NCBI GenBank assembly: GCA_017451545.1
Contig: JAFTOB010000025.1
Location: forward strand, 3,721 to 67,720
Direction: 5' to 3'
DNA: 64,000 nucleotides
Origin: Clostridia bacterium
Lineage (GTDB): Bacteria > Bacillota > Clostridia > Oscillospirales > CAG-272
A program made the translations under genes and the position numbers. The notes beneath the pieces were generated by a model. That model made no database searches. It had not been told where the DNA came from and saw nothing but the letters and a program-made list of their open reading frames with translations. Below are positions 48,312 to 57,211 of the stretch, piece by piece (position 1 is the stretch's first letter; each line of letters begins with the position of its first letter).

Positions 48312-51245
48312 TCATTTCAGTTCTGTTTCTTCGAATTTCTTATACGGTGCATCGATAACAAGGCCGCTCCCGAAGGTGTAGGTTCTATCGCTGTCGATGC
48401 GGTAGGTGGATGCGCTGTCATCGGTGGTCTCGATGATCTGGAAGCCCCAGATGCATCCGTAAGCACCGCAGGTCTTGCAGACTCCGTCAAAATCACTGCC
48501 GTTGAAGCTTCCATAAGAATATGTTCCCGTGTTGACGTAGGTAACGTCCGTCGAGCTGTAAGTGCCTACAAGGTGATGGTGGGTGTGTCCGTCAAGCATA
48601 CAAATTACGTTATCATAATTTTTCACAACGGCCCCAAGCTCGGCACTGCCCCCAAAATAATGAGATCCGATGATGACCCTCTCCATATCTTTATATTTCT
48701 CAAGCTCTGCGGTGATCCATTCAATGTCCACCTTACAGGCGACGCCGTTGGCCATATTTCCGTCATCCTTCGAGCCCTTGCTGGGGTCGGTGTCATAAGT
48801 ATCCATCATTATAATAGCCGTGTCGCCGAAAACCATTGAGAACTGCTTCTCGCGGCCTGCGAATTCAAGCCATACGTCATCGGGATAGCTATCGTGGTTG
48901 CCGCCGATGATGCCGACGGGAATGCCCAGCTCATCCTGAAGAGGCTTCAGGTACTTATCCCAAAGATCCTTGCAGGCGTTTCCTCTGTAGCCGTAAGACG
49001 TTCCGATTCCCGGGTACCAGTCGTCGGTGGACAGGTCGCCGAGAACGAAAACTCCGTCAAGTCCGCGGCGGTAGTATTCCTCGCGGATATCGTTGCAGAG
49101 CTCCTCCATTCTCTGGGCGGTGGTGTAGCCGCGGAAGTCGGTTCTGTGAGTCTGTCCGGGTCTCTCGGCCAGCACGTAGTGCAGGTCGGAGACGAAGAGA
49201 TATCTTCCCGTAAGGTCGGCGCGGTTGAGAGAATAATCCACCGCATCCATCTTTTCGTTGGCGTAAGAGCCCTTCGAGTAGGTAAAGGTCTCGGTATCCA
49301 TCATCTCGGCCTCGCCGTCGGCAACGCCGTAGTATTCAACCGTAAAAATAATATCCTTATCAGCGGGAACGTCATCAATGGTAAGAGCGCAAAGGTATGC
49401 GCCATCAATGCTTATCTCATTGATGTTTCCGTCCTCATCCCTTCCCGTCAGCTTTTCGTAAACGGTGTCCACGTCATAGTACTTGGTGAAATAGACCTCC
49501 CTGCCGTATGCGGCGGTAACGCGCAGACGGAGAAGCTCGTAGTCATTGACCACGTCCTTCTTGATGGCAGAGGCAAATCGGACGGAGAACTTGCCGTTCT
49601 GCGGCTCGGTCTCCTGTACGCAGTAGATGTACGCATCGGTATTCTCTGCGGGGGCATCGGTGTCAATATCAAGGTTGCTTATATTCTTGAACACGCTCAT
49701 TCCGCTTACGATATCAGACGCGAAGGTAGAGCCGCGAACCACAACGCGGTTCGCGTTGAAGGTTCCCGTGGACTGGGTCATAGCATAACCCTTGCCCGCG
49801 ATCATTGCGGTGTTTTCAACGTAGATATCGGCGTTGTTGATGGTGATGTACATACAGTCGCGGCCTGCGGCGTCACTGACGTCGATAACGCAATCGATAA
49901 TGTCGAGATCGACCGACTTTCCGTTGTTACCCGTTCTGACCGCCGCGGCGGGAAGGGTGTTCGACGGAGGAATCAGCTCGGTGTGCATCTCGATGGTACA
50001 GCCGTCGAGCACCATCTTCTGGGATGTACCCGAGGGGCTGAGAGTATTGACGGCACAGTAATTGGTGTTGCCGTAGGTGTAAACGTTCACGTTCTTCAGC
50101 TCGGTTGTAATACCCGCGCCGTCGGCGATGATCGCGCCGCCGTTGCCCGAATGGTAGACAGTCATATCCTTGAGCACGGTATTGGTGCTGAGGAAGATGG
50201 CGCTGTAGCAGTTATAGGAGCAGAAGCCGTATTTGCCCTGACCGTCGATGGTGACGGTGCGGTTCTTGCTTCCCGCAATGGCATCGGCCGTGCCGTCGCC
50301 GCCCTTGTAATTGGGGAGAACGACGCCCGAGTTGAGAGTAACGGTAACGTCGCCGTTCGTGGCGTTGATAGCCTGAACTGCCTGACTCCAATCTGTGTAC
50401 TTAGTAGAGCCCACGGTCACGTCGCAAAGGTAGGTGGGCTTGATAGTTTCAAAGATATCCGCGCCAAGCTCGGTTCCCATACGGACGAAGTTGCCGCCCG
50501 TGGTGGTGATGGTCATAGTCTTGCCGCCGTTCTGAACGATATCGGAATTATTGGCGAAAACGGTAGTGTTTTTGAAGACCACGTTGGAGGTGGTGTTCGC
50601 GGTAGCCGTGATGGCATTACCGTGGCCGTTGCGGAAATCGAAAACGCAATCCTCAGCGGTAAAGTTTACGGTATTTGTGTCGCTGTCATTTCCGGTGCGC
50701 ACGACACCTATGGTATAGGTATTGCCCGTCTTTACCACGTTTACGTTCTTCATATTAATGTTGAACGTTCCGGAGGCAAGGGTGTTGAGCAGGCAGTACT
50801 GAATGGCATCGGTCAGCTCAACGTTGATATTCTCAAGCGTTACGTTGCACGCGGTATGGAGCTGGAAGGTGCTTCCCGTGCCCGGGTTGCCCGTCTTGAT
50901 GTTCATATTTTTAAACACAACGTTCGGGGACTCTACGTTAAATCCGTTATGGCTGTTATTTGTTACAGTGCCGCCGTTGCCGTCAACGGTAACGGTTGCA
51001 CCCTTTGTGTTTTTAATGCGGGTGCTGTTGGTTATAACGTATCCGTCCGCGATCCTGATAGTTACGTTGTTCGAGGACGCGTTGGCCTGCGCCACGGCGT
51101 CGGCCCACGTCTCGCCCGAATAAAGGGTCGAGCCTGTCACGTCGTCAACGACCGTCAGGGATGCCGCGGCCGCCGCCGTTGCGGTGAACGGGATCGCGGT
51201 TGCGAGCATTGCGCAGAGTAAAAGCAATGATATGATGCGTTTCAT
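48312..51245 (-). CDS. secreted protein with duplicated beta-helix-like module and C-terminal metallophosphoesterase (977 aa)
   Basis: The signal peptide is MKRIISLLLLCAMLATAIPFTATAAAAA. Two similar modules are seeded by TVTVDGNGGTV and TVTIDGQGKYG. MPE motifs are VSDLH, VLGDLSTDD, GGNHDS, GSHY and DGHTHHH. Confidence 0.75.
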   Translation of the reverse strand: MKRIISLLLLCAMLATAIPFTATAAAAASLTVVDDVTGSTLYSGETWADAVAQANASSNNVTIRIADGYVITNSTRIKNTKGATVTVDGNGGTVTNNSHNGFNVESPNVVFKNMNIKTGNPGTGSTFQLHTACNVTLENINVELTDAIQYCLLNTLASGTFNINMKNVNVVKTGNTYTIGVVRTGNDSDTNTVNFTAEDCVFDFRNGHGNAITATANTTSNVVFKNTTVFANNSDIVQNGGKTMTITTTGGNFVRMGTELGADIFETIKPTYLCDVTVGSTKYTDWSQAVQAINATNGDVTVTLNSGVVLPNYKGGDGTADAIAGSKNRTVTIDGQGKYGFCSYNCYSAIFLSTNTVLKDMTVYHSGNGGAIIADGAGITTELKNVNVYTYGNTNYCAVNTLSPSGTSQKMVLDGCTIEMHTELIPPSNTLPAAAVRTGNNGKSVDLDIIDCVIDVSDAAGRDCMYITINNADIYVENTAMIAGKGYAMTQSTGTFNANRVVVRGSTFASDIVSGMSVFKNISNLDIDTDAPAENTDAYIYCVQETEPQNGKFSVRFASAIKKDVVNDYELLRLRVTAAYGREVYFTKYYDVDTVYEKLTGRDEDGNINEISIDGAYLCALTIDDVPADKDIIFTVEYYGVADGEAEMMDTETFTYSKGSYANEKMDAVDYSLNRADLTGRYLFVSDLHYVLAERPGQTHRTDFRGYTTAQRMEELCNDIREEYYRRGLDGVFVLGDLSTDDWYPGIGTSYGYRGNACKDLWDKYLKPLQDELGIPVGIIGGNHDSYPDDVWLEFAGREKQFSMVFGDTAIIMMDTYDTDPSKGSKDDGNMANGVACKVDIEWITAELEKYKDMERVIIGSHYFGGSAELGAVVKNYDNVICMLDGHTHHHLVGTYSSTDVTYVNTGTYSYGSFNGSDFDGVCKTCGAYGCIWGFQIIETTDDSASTYRIDSDRTYTFGSGLVIDAPYKKFEETELK

Positions 51246-51278
51246 AGGATGCTCCTTTCAAAAAACAAACATTTACCT

Positions 51279-51321
51279 ATTATCGATAATGTATTATAAA
51301 TCTTATTCCTTGATTTGTCAA
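51279..51321 (-). promoter_or_regulatory. consensus promoter with overlapping palindromic operator (candidate LacI-family site)
   Basis: On the minus strand: TTGACA (51321-51316), N17, TATAAT (51298-51293). The palindrome ATTATCGATAAT (51279-51290) sits at the predicted transcription start. Confidence 0.55.
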
Positions 51322-51442
51322 TATTTTAGCGAAGATTGAAGAATTTTTGTGAAAATTACACAAAAGTCGTCAGCTTGCCTCCCTGCTCCGCCCCCGCGCC
51401 TTGCCGCAAATCGTAGAAAAGCCGATTTTGCCCTGCGGTCGC

Positions 51443-51471
51443 TTGATTTTTTTGCCGATCCGTGATATAAT
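51443..51471 (+). promoter_or_regulatory. sigma-A promoter for the LacI-family gene
   Basis: TTGATT-N17-TATAAT. Confidence 0.5.
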
Positions 51472-51506
51472 GTATTTGAATTTTTTGCAAGGAGGAACGC
51501 GGCTTT

Positions 51507-52529
51507 ATGAAGATAACCCTGCAGGATATTGCGCGGGAAACGGGATATTCGGTGAATACCGTTTCGCACGCCCTGAGCGGTAAGACTGACATTTCGGAAT
51601 CCACACGACAAAAAATAAAAGAGGCGGCAGACCGCCTGGGCTACGTGGGCAACTACGCCGCAAGCTCAATGCGTACCGGAAAGAGCATGACCGTAGCCAT
51701 TATCGTTCCCGATATCAAAAATCCTTTCTTTTCCGTTGTCGTTCACGAAATGGAGCAATATTTTTTCGGCAGAGGCTACACCGTCACGGTTTTCGGCACC
51801 GACGAGAGTGCCGAGCTTGAGCGCGAGGCCATCAAGGCCTGCCGTTTGCGGAATATGGACGGCATTATTATCTGCCCCACACAAAAGAGCCGTACCAATA
51901 TTTCAATGCTCCGTGAGCTGGGCGTTCCCTACCTGCTGGTCAGCCGCCACTTTGACAGCTTCGAGGATCCCTTTGTCGGCACCGACGATCTGAAGGGCGG
52001 ATATATGGCCACCCGCCATCTGATCGAGCTCGGCCACCGCAGGATCGCATTTTTCAATGCAGATCAGCGCATCTCCTGCTCCCGTGACCGCGCTCAGGGC
52101 TACCGCTCGGCACTTGCGGATGCGGATGTGGAATACGATCCGTCACTTATATTCTACCTTTCGACCACTACGCAGATAAACAGCTTTGCGGCGGTGGAGC
52201 AATTCTTTACCGATCACCCCGACTGCACCGCGGTCGTGGCCTTCAACGACATCATTGCCTTCCAGGTCATAAACTTCCTGCACCGCTCGGGACGTCGCGT
52301 GCCCGAGGACATTTCGGTCATCGGCTTTGATAATATCTGTGACGATTTCATCTTTCCTTTGCCCCTGACCTCGGTCAGTACCTCGAAAAAAGCTATGTCG
52401 CGTTGGGCCGCCCGTATGCTCTGCGATATGATGAGAGGCGAGGCCGGCCAGCATCACGCGGTGCTCAATTCCCAGCTTCTCGTGCGTGAAACCACGGCAA
52501 AGCCGCCGAAGAGCTCCGATACTGTCTGA
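51507..52529 (+). CDS. LacI family transcriptional regulator
   Basis: MKITLQDIARETGYSVNTVSHALSGK is the HTH, followed by a periplasmic-binding-protein-like sugar-binding core. Confidence 0.85.
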   Translation: MKITLQDIARETGYSVNTVSHALSGKTDISESTRQKIKEAADRLGYVGNYAASSMRTGKSMTVAIIVPDIKNPFFSVVVHEMEQYFFGRGYTVTVFGTDESAELEREAIKACRLRNMDGIIICPTQKSRTNISMLRELGVPYLLVSRHFDSFEDPFVGTDDLKGGYMATRHLIELGHRRIAFFNADQRISCSRDRAQGYRSALADADVEYDPSLIFYLSTTTQINSFAAVEQFFTDHPDCTAVVAFNDIIAFQVINFLHRSGRRVPEDISVIGFDNICDDFIFPLPLTSVSTSKKAMSRWAARMLCDMMRGEAGQHHAVLNSQLLVRETTAKPPKSSDTV

Positions 52530-52649
52530 TTTCACAAATCGAATGCAATAATTTTTTTCACATTTGATAAAATTTTCTCTTTACAAATCGACCGAGATGG
52601 TGTATAATAAAGAGTGTTCCAAAAGCAATCCATTTTTAAGGAGTTATAT

Positions 52650-53348
52650 ATGAAAAAGCTTTACACCGGAAAAACCAAGGACGTTTATGAGCTTGAGAAC
52701 GGCAACGTTCTTCTCAAGTTCAAGGATGACTGCACCGGCAAGGACGGCGTGTTCGATCCCGGCGAGAATTCCGTCGGACTCACCATTGAGGGCATCGGCA
52801 AGGCCAACCTTGAGACCTCTGTTTACTACTTCGAGCTCTGCAAAAAGGCAGGCATCAAGACCCACTACGTCAGCGCAAATCTCGACGACGCCACCATGGA
52901 GGTTCTCCCCGCAGAGTGCTTCGGCAAGGCTCAGGGCGGTAACGGCCTCGAGGTTATCTGCCGTCTCGTTGCTACCGGATCCTTTATCCGCAGATACGGC
53001 GAGTACATAAAGAACGGTACCGTTCTTGAGGGCGGCTACGTTGAGTGCACCTTCCAGAATGACGAAAAGGGCGATCCGCTGGTCACCGGTGAGGGACTCG
53101 TTGCCCTCGGCATTATGACCCCCAAGATGTTTGAGAGCCTCAAGGCTCAGACCCTCGCTATCACCAAGATCGTTGCAGACGACCTTAAGACCATCGGTCT
53201 CGACCTTTGGGACATCAAGTTTGAGTTCGGCTACAACAACGGCGAGGTCATTCTCATCGACGAGATTGCTTCGGGCAATATGCGCGTCTACAAGGGCGAC
53301 AGCATCGTTGATCCCGTTGAGCTCACCAAGCTTATTCTTAACAGATAA
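52650..53348 (+). CDS. purC: phosphoribosylaminoimidazole-succinocarboxamide synthase (SAICAR synthase)
   Basis: The ATG at 52650 follows [36 protein letters not shown] and DIKFEFG are present. Confidence 0.9.
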   Translation: MKKLYTGKTKDVYELENGNVLLKFKDDCTGKDGVFDPGENSVGLTIEGIGKANLETSVYYFELCKKAGIKTHYVSANLDDATMEVLPAECFGKAQGGNGLEVICRLVATGSFIRRYGEYIKNGTVLEGGYVECTFQNDEKGDPLVTGEGLVALGIMTPKMFESLKAQTLAITKIVADDLKTIGLDLWDIKFEFGYNNGEVILIDEIASGNMRVYKGDSIVDPVELTKLILNR

Positions 53349-53355
53349 AATTAAG

Positions 53356-53386
53356 TGAGGCTGCCGTCAGGGCAGCCTCATTTTTT
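53356..53386. terminator. bidirectional terminator
   Basis: TGAGGCTGCC-gtcag-GGCAGCCTCA followed by T6. Confidence 0.8.
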
Positions 53387-54176
53387 ACATTTCAAATTCA
53401 TTTCCCGTTGAAATACGGCGCAGGCGACCGCCCATCAGCGACTCGAGAAATGCGCCTTGAGCGTCACCCGTGCAATGGCAGGTGTAATAATTGCAAGGGT
53501 AGAACAAAAGCTCGGCGGCGATGCGCTCCAGCTCTTCTCTGCCCTCGCACTCGGGATCAAGCTTAGAAAGATGGAAGCCACCGATGAACACATCGGGACG
53601 GACGGCATCCATAATATTCAGGATACCCTTGTGCGAGCAACCGCTGAAGAACACGCGGCGACCTTTTTCCTCAATGAGAAGGTATTGCTCGTGAATAAAA
53701 TCGTCGGGAACAAGCGACCCGTGTGCTTTTTTCGTCAGTCCGAAGGGATTTATAGGGTATTTCAGTTTCCCACCGTTGAGATCAAAAAGCTCAAGCCAGG
53801 GGCCGAGATCGGCGCGGCGGTCAACTGTCACTGCGCGATCATTTGTGGCGAGTGCGGGATCGAGTCCGATATACTTTTCCGATGCGTTGTAATATTCCCC
53901 AAAGGCGTGACGGTTTATATAGAGCGGTGCGGTACTGTTGATCGATAAGAACCGCAGCATACCGCCGCCGTGGTCATAGTGACCGTGGGAAAGGATGGCC
54001 GTGTCGACAGACGAAAGGTCAACGCCCATGGCTGCGGCGTTGTCGACGATCACCCCGCTCTGTCCGCTGTCAAAAAGCAGCCGCCGACCGTTTGCTTCAA
54101 TATACAATCCGAGCCCGTGCTCTGCGACCAGCGCAGGCGAGACCGACGTATTTTCTATCAAAACCTTAACTTTCAT
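53385..54176 (-). CDS. MBL-fold metallo-hydrolase
   Basis: Trimmed to an internal ATG (MKVKVLIENTS..., GGAG RBS; start coordinate +/-1). The motif is SHGHYDHGGG. Confidence 0.7.
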   Translation of the reverse strand: MKVKVLIENTSVSPALVAEHGLGLYIEANGRRLLFDSGQSGVIVDNAAAMGVDLSSVDTAILSHGHYDHGGGMLRFLSINSTAPLYINRHAFGEYYNASEKYIGLDPALATNDRAVTVDRRADLGPWLELFDLNGGKLKYPINPFGLTKKAHGSLVPDDFIHEQYLLIEEKGRRVFFSGCSHKGILNIMDAVRPDVFIGGFHLSKLDPECEGREELERIAAELLFYPCNYYTCHCTGDAQGAFLESLMGGRLRRISTGNEFEM

Positions 54177-54289
54177 AGCAATCTCCATTAATTTTGTAAG
54201 AATATAATACCACAGACCGCAGAAAAAGTCAACGGTTTGCGACCGTGCAAAGATTTTATAAAAAATCGGGACAAATTTCAATTTACCAC

Positions 54290-54318
54290 TTGATTTTTCA
54301 AAAAATGTGTGGTATAAT
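54290..54318 (+). promoter_or_regulatory. sigma-A promoter for tRNA-Ser
   Basis: TTGATT-N17-TATAAT (TTGATTTTTCAAAAAATGTGTGGTATAAT). Confidence 0.65.
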
Positions 54319-54348
54319 ATACGGGCTTTGAAAAAAGCAACTTAATAT

Positions 54349-54414
54349 GGAGCGGTATCGAATGTGTCAATCTGACATCGAAATCAGTCTGATTTCGCAA
54401 GATACACTCCACCC
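54349..54414 (+). pseudogene. tRNA-Ser-derived partial duplicate / structured leader element
   Basis: It shares AACTTAATA(T/C)GGAGCGGTATCGAA and the anticodon-arm-like CTGAC(A)TCGAAATCAGT with the downstream tRNA-Ser. It lacks the variable and T arms. It folds as GGAG..TATC/GATA..CTCC enclosing two hairpins. Confidence 0.4.
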
Positions 54415-54432
54415 AAAAACAAAACTTAATAC

Positions 54433-54521
54433 GGAGCGGTATCGAAGTGGTCATAACGGGGCTGACTCGAAATCAGTTTGGGAGCAATCCCACGTGGGTT
54501 CGAATCCCACCCGCTCCGCCA
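54433..54521 (+). tRNA. tRNA-Ser (anticodon CGA), type II with long variable arm, CCA encoded
   Basis: Acceptor GGAGCGG/CCGCTCC, anticodon loop CTCGAAA, variable arm GGGA-gcaa-TCCC, T arm GTGGG-TTCGAAT-CCCAC, discriminator G. Confidence 0.9.
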
Positions 54522-54526
54522 AAAAA

Positions 54527-54557
54527 AGCACTTGCTGTTGCAAGTGCTTTTTCTTTT
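54527..54557. terminator. bidirectional terminator (tRNA-Ser and the minus-strand 54654 operon)
   Basis: AGCACTTGC-tgtt-GCAAGTGCT, flanked by A7 upstream and a T-run downstream. Confidence 0.75.
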
Positions 54558-54653
54558 CTCCTGTGGCGGGCGAGCCCACCGCAGGGGATGTTTTTATTTT
54601 GTCTGTGTTATCAGACTGTCTGTTTTCAGATTCTTCGTGATTTTTAACGTATA

Positions 54654-57197
54654 TCAATACTCAAAAGTCCAATCCTCGGGATGAGGAACATCAAAGGAGA
54701 AGTCCGCAACGGTTGCCATATGATCGGAGCCTGCACCGGCAAAGGGGTCGATCACTATGTCAAAGGTCTTGAAGATAAGTCCGCTTCCCTTCACCATAAT
54801 GTGGTCGATGGCGTTTGCGTGTGTCTTGCGGTTGACTTCCTTTCTGTATACGCGATCCTCTGCGGAATCGTAGTAAGGATAGCCAAAGCTTGTTGTGCTG
54901 TTTTCCTTCACCGCCGCGAGATCCCAAACCGAGGAAAATCCGAGCTCGATAAATTTATTATATGGCGCGGAATTGACAGCGCAGTTGAAGTCTCCGCCTA
55001 TCATAACGGGGCAACCGTGCTCGGCGATAATTGCATCAACGGTGTCGGTAACGGTCTGTGCCTGGGCAAGTCTCTTGTTGTTGCCAACGTCGCCGCCTTC
55101 ATAGGCCAAATGGAGCGAAACCACACCAAGCTTTGTGCCGTCGGGCTTCTGGAACACTACCCAAGTAACAAACTTATCCTTATTCGTGCTGCTTTCAAGG
55201 TTATAAACACCGTGATCAATGGGAGTTACCTTGTCGGGCTTGTAAAGTATGGGCGTTCCTGTTGCATAGCTTGTGCTAACCACGGGAACCTCGGCATAGC
55301 CTGCCGCCGTCAGTCTGGAGGTTATAGATCCCTCGCAGCCGCGCATAACGTCATATGTGTACTCCTGCAGGCACAGTATGTCGGGATCGTAAGTGAGGTA
55401 CACTTCCTCAAGTATTGCGCTTCTCTGCTCGCTGTGGCTGTCACTTGTAGGATATCCGTTGGCTACGCCCGCATTGTCCCAACCCCATACGTTGTGGTAC
55501 ATAACACGGATCTCGCCGGATTTGTTGAGCACCGAGGAGTTTTCGTCCTCAATTATCTTTTCTGTATAATCCCGCTCATAAAGGGATGTGCATTTCCACG
55601 TCTCCTCGGCGCTCTGCATCACGAAAACAAGATCGCCGAAGGTCTCCTCAACAATATAGCTATATCCCATATAGCTGTCGGCAAGAAATTCAAAGCGAGT
55701 GCCGTTAACGGCAACCGTGTACTCGGTCTCTCCGACCTTCGCCTTGGTTCTTGCGGTGTTTCCGACGAGCATCTCGTATTCGCCGACCGTGCTGTCGTCA
55801 CGGATTGCAAGATCCGCACCGGTTCTTGCGTAAATGAGCGCGTGAAGCTGCTTTGCAAAATCAAGCTCGGAGGCCTTGGGATTTGCCGGATAAACTATGG
55901 AGTAATTCTCGATACCAATATCGGTCAGCATCAGATTGTAGCCTGCATATTTTTCAAGCACAGCTACCTGCGCCGCGCCGTAGCCGTCATCAAGCGCCAT
56001 CAGCGCAACCTGCGCCATGGAGCGGCTGTTATCATCATAACTGTACGCGCCGTAGGTGCGCACAGTGTTGCCGTTGACGGTGTAAGTGATGTACGGAACG
56101 GCGGAAAAGGGGCGGTTGATATTGCTTTCCTTGATATCGGTCAACGCGGCGTTGACAGTCACGCTTCCGTCAGCATTTTCGATAATACCCTTCTCTGCCA
56201 CGATGTCAACGTAGTCAAGTCCCGCCGCGTCAAGAGCCTCGGCGGTAAAGGAGGTCACCTTCGTGAGCTGATCGGTGGGCGTAATAACAGTTCCGTACCC
56301 AATTTCCGCACCCACACCCGGAATGGACTTGACGTAATCAAGTGTTGCCGCAGAAATATCGGTAGTAAAGCGGATACCGTTACTGCCCGCAAGCAGACGA
56401 ACCGACGCGCCATCGCGCATCACGGGGAGTCCGACCGAAGCGGTCTGAATATAAAGCCCGTTGCGGTCGCGATCGGACATACCGCTGACCGATGTGCCCA
56501 CCATTCCCTTGACGAGATAATAATAGCCACCGTGTGCGGTGTAGCTCCCCGCCAAAGCATAGCAGTTGGCGCGGTCTCCGAACGTCAGATTGCTGTAAAT
56601 TCCGCCGTAAATATTCAATGAACCGCCAACGGTATCGGAATTGGTGATACGTACCGCCGCACCGGTGTTGGTGACGGTAAAGGTTCCGCCGTAAATATTG
56701 ACGGTGTTGGATGCTCCGCTCGTTGAATTTACCGCGCGGGAGTTGCCCGAATTCAGGAAAAATCCGCCGTAAATATTGACGGTTGAATTTCCGTTTGCCA
56801 GAACAGCGGGATTTGCGCCCGAGGCGTTGTAATATCCGCCGAGCACGGAAAGCGACGAGCCTCCGCTTGTGGCCAGCGCGGCCGACGAGCCCGAAAGTAT
56901 TTTTATGTTTTTAACGGTAAGCGCCGCGCCGCCGCTGACGGTGACAGAGCCCGAAAGAGTCTTACCGTTTCCGTCTATTGTTGCGCTTTTGCTCACAGTA
57001 ACCTTTTCGGCAGTGTCAGCCAAAAGAATGACCGTCTCGCCGCCCGAAAGTGCGGCAAGAGCCTCGGCAAGGCTTGCATATTCAACTCCGTTGACCGATG
57101 CAACGGCACCTCCCTGCGCCACCGCTGTAAATGAAAAGGCCGGCAGAGCAAGGGAGAATATCATTAAAAATGCGAGAATAAAAGAAATTTTCTTCAT
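54654..57197 (-). CDS. secreted beta-helix-like repeat protein with C-terminal endonuclease/exonuclease/phosphatase (EEP) domain (847 aa)
   Basis: Trimmed to the ATG at 57197 (MKKISFILAFLMIFSLALPAFSFTAVAQG signal). It carries repeated NIYGG motifs. EEP motifs are HNVWGW, LCLQEY, SLHL, GGDFN, IDHI and GSDH. Confidence 0.75.
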   Translation of the reverse strand: MKKISFILAFLMIFSLALPAFSFTAVAQGGAVASVNGVEYASLAEALAALSGGETVILLADTAEKVTVSKSATIDGNGKTLSGSVTVSGGAALTVKNIKILSGSSAALATSGGSSLSVLGGYYNASGANPAVLANGNSTVNIYGGFFLNSGNSRAVNSTSGASNTVNIYGGTFTVTNTGAAVRITNSDTVGGSLNIYGGIYSNLTFGDRANCYALAGSYTAHGGYYYLVKGMVGTSVSGMSDRDRNGLYIQTASVGLPVMRDGASVRLLAGSNGIRFTTDISAATLDYVKSIPGVGAEIGYGTVITPTDQLTKVTSFTAEALDAAGLDYVDIVAEKGIIENADGSVTVNAALTDIKESNINRPFSAVPYITYTVNGNTVRTYGAYSYDDNSRSMAQVALMALDDGYGAAQVAVLEKYAGYNLMLTDIGIENYSIVYPANPKASELDFAKQLHALIYARTGADLAIRDDSTVGEYEMLVGNTARTKAKVGETEYTVAVNGTRFEFLADSYMGYSYIVEETFGDLVFVMQSAEETWKCTSLYERDYTEKIIEDENSSVLNKSGEIRVMYHNVWGWDNAGVANGYPTSDSHSEQRSAILEEVYLTYDPDILCLQEYTYDVMRGCEGSITSRLTAAGYAEVPVVSTSYATGTPILYKPDKVTPIDHGVYNLESSTNKDKFVTWVVFQKPDGTKLGVVSLHLAYEGGDVGNNKRLAQAQTVTDTVDAIIAEHGCPVMIGGDFNCAVNSAPYNKFIELGFSSVWDLAAVKENSTTSFGYPYYDSAEDRVYRKEVNRKTHANAIDHIMVKGSGLIFKTFDIVIDPFAGAGSDHMATVADFSFDVPHPEDWTFEY

Positions 57198-57211
57198 CTT
57201 GTCCTCCAATC

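Noticed and set aside
54349-54414. A second functional tRNA upstream of tRNA-Ser.
   Set aside because: It lacks the T arm and variable arm. The acceptor pairing has mismatches and the 3' end reads ACCCA rather than a discriminator plus CCA. I treat it as a partial duplicate or leader structure.
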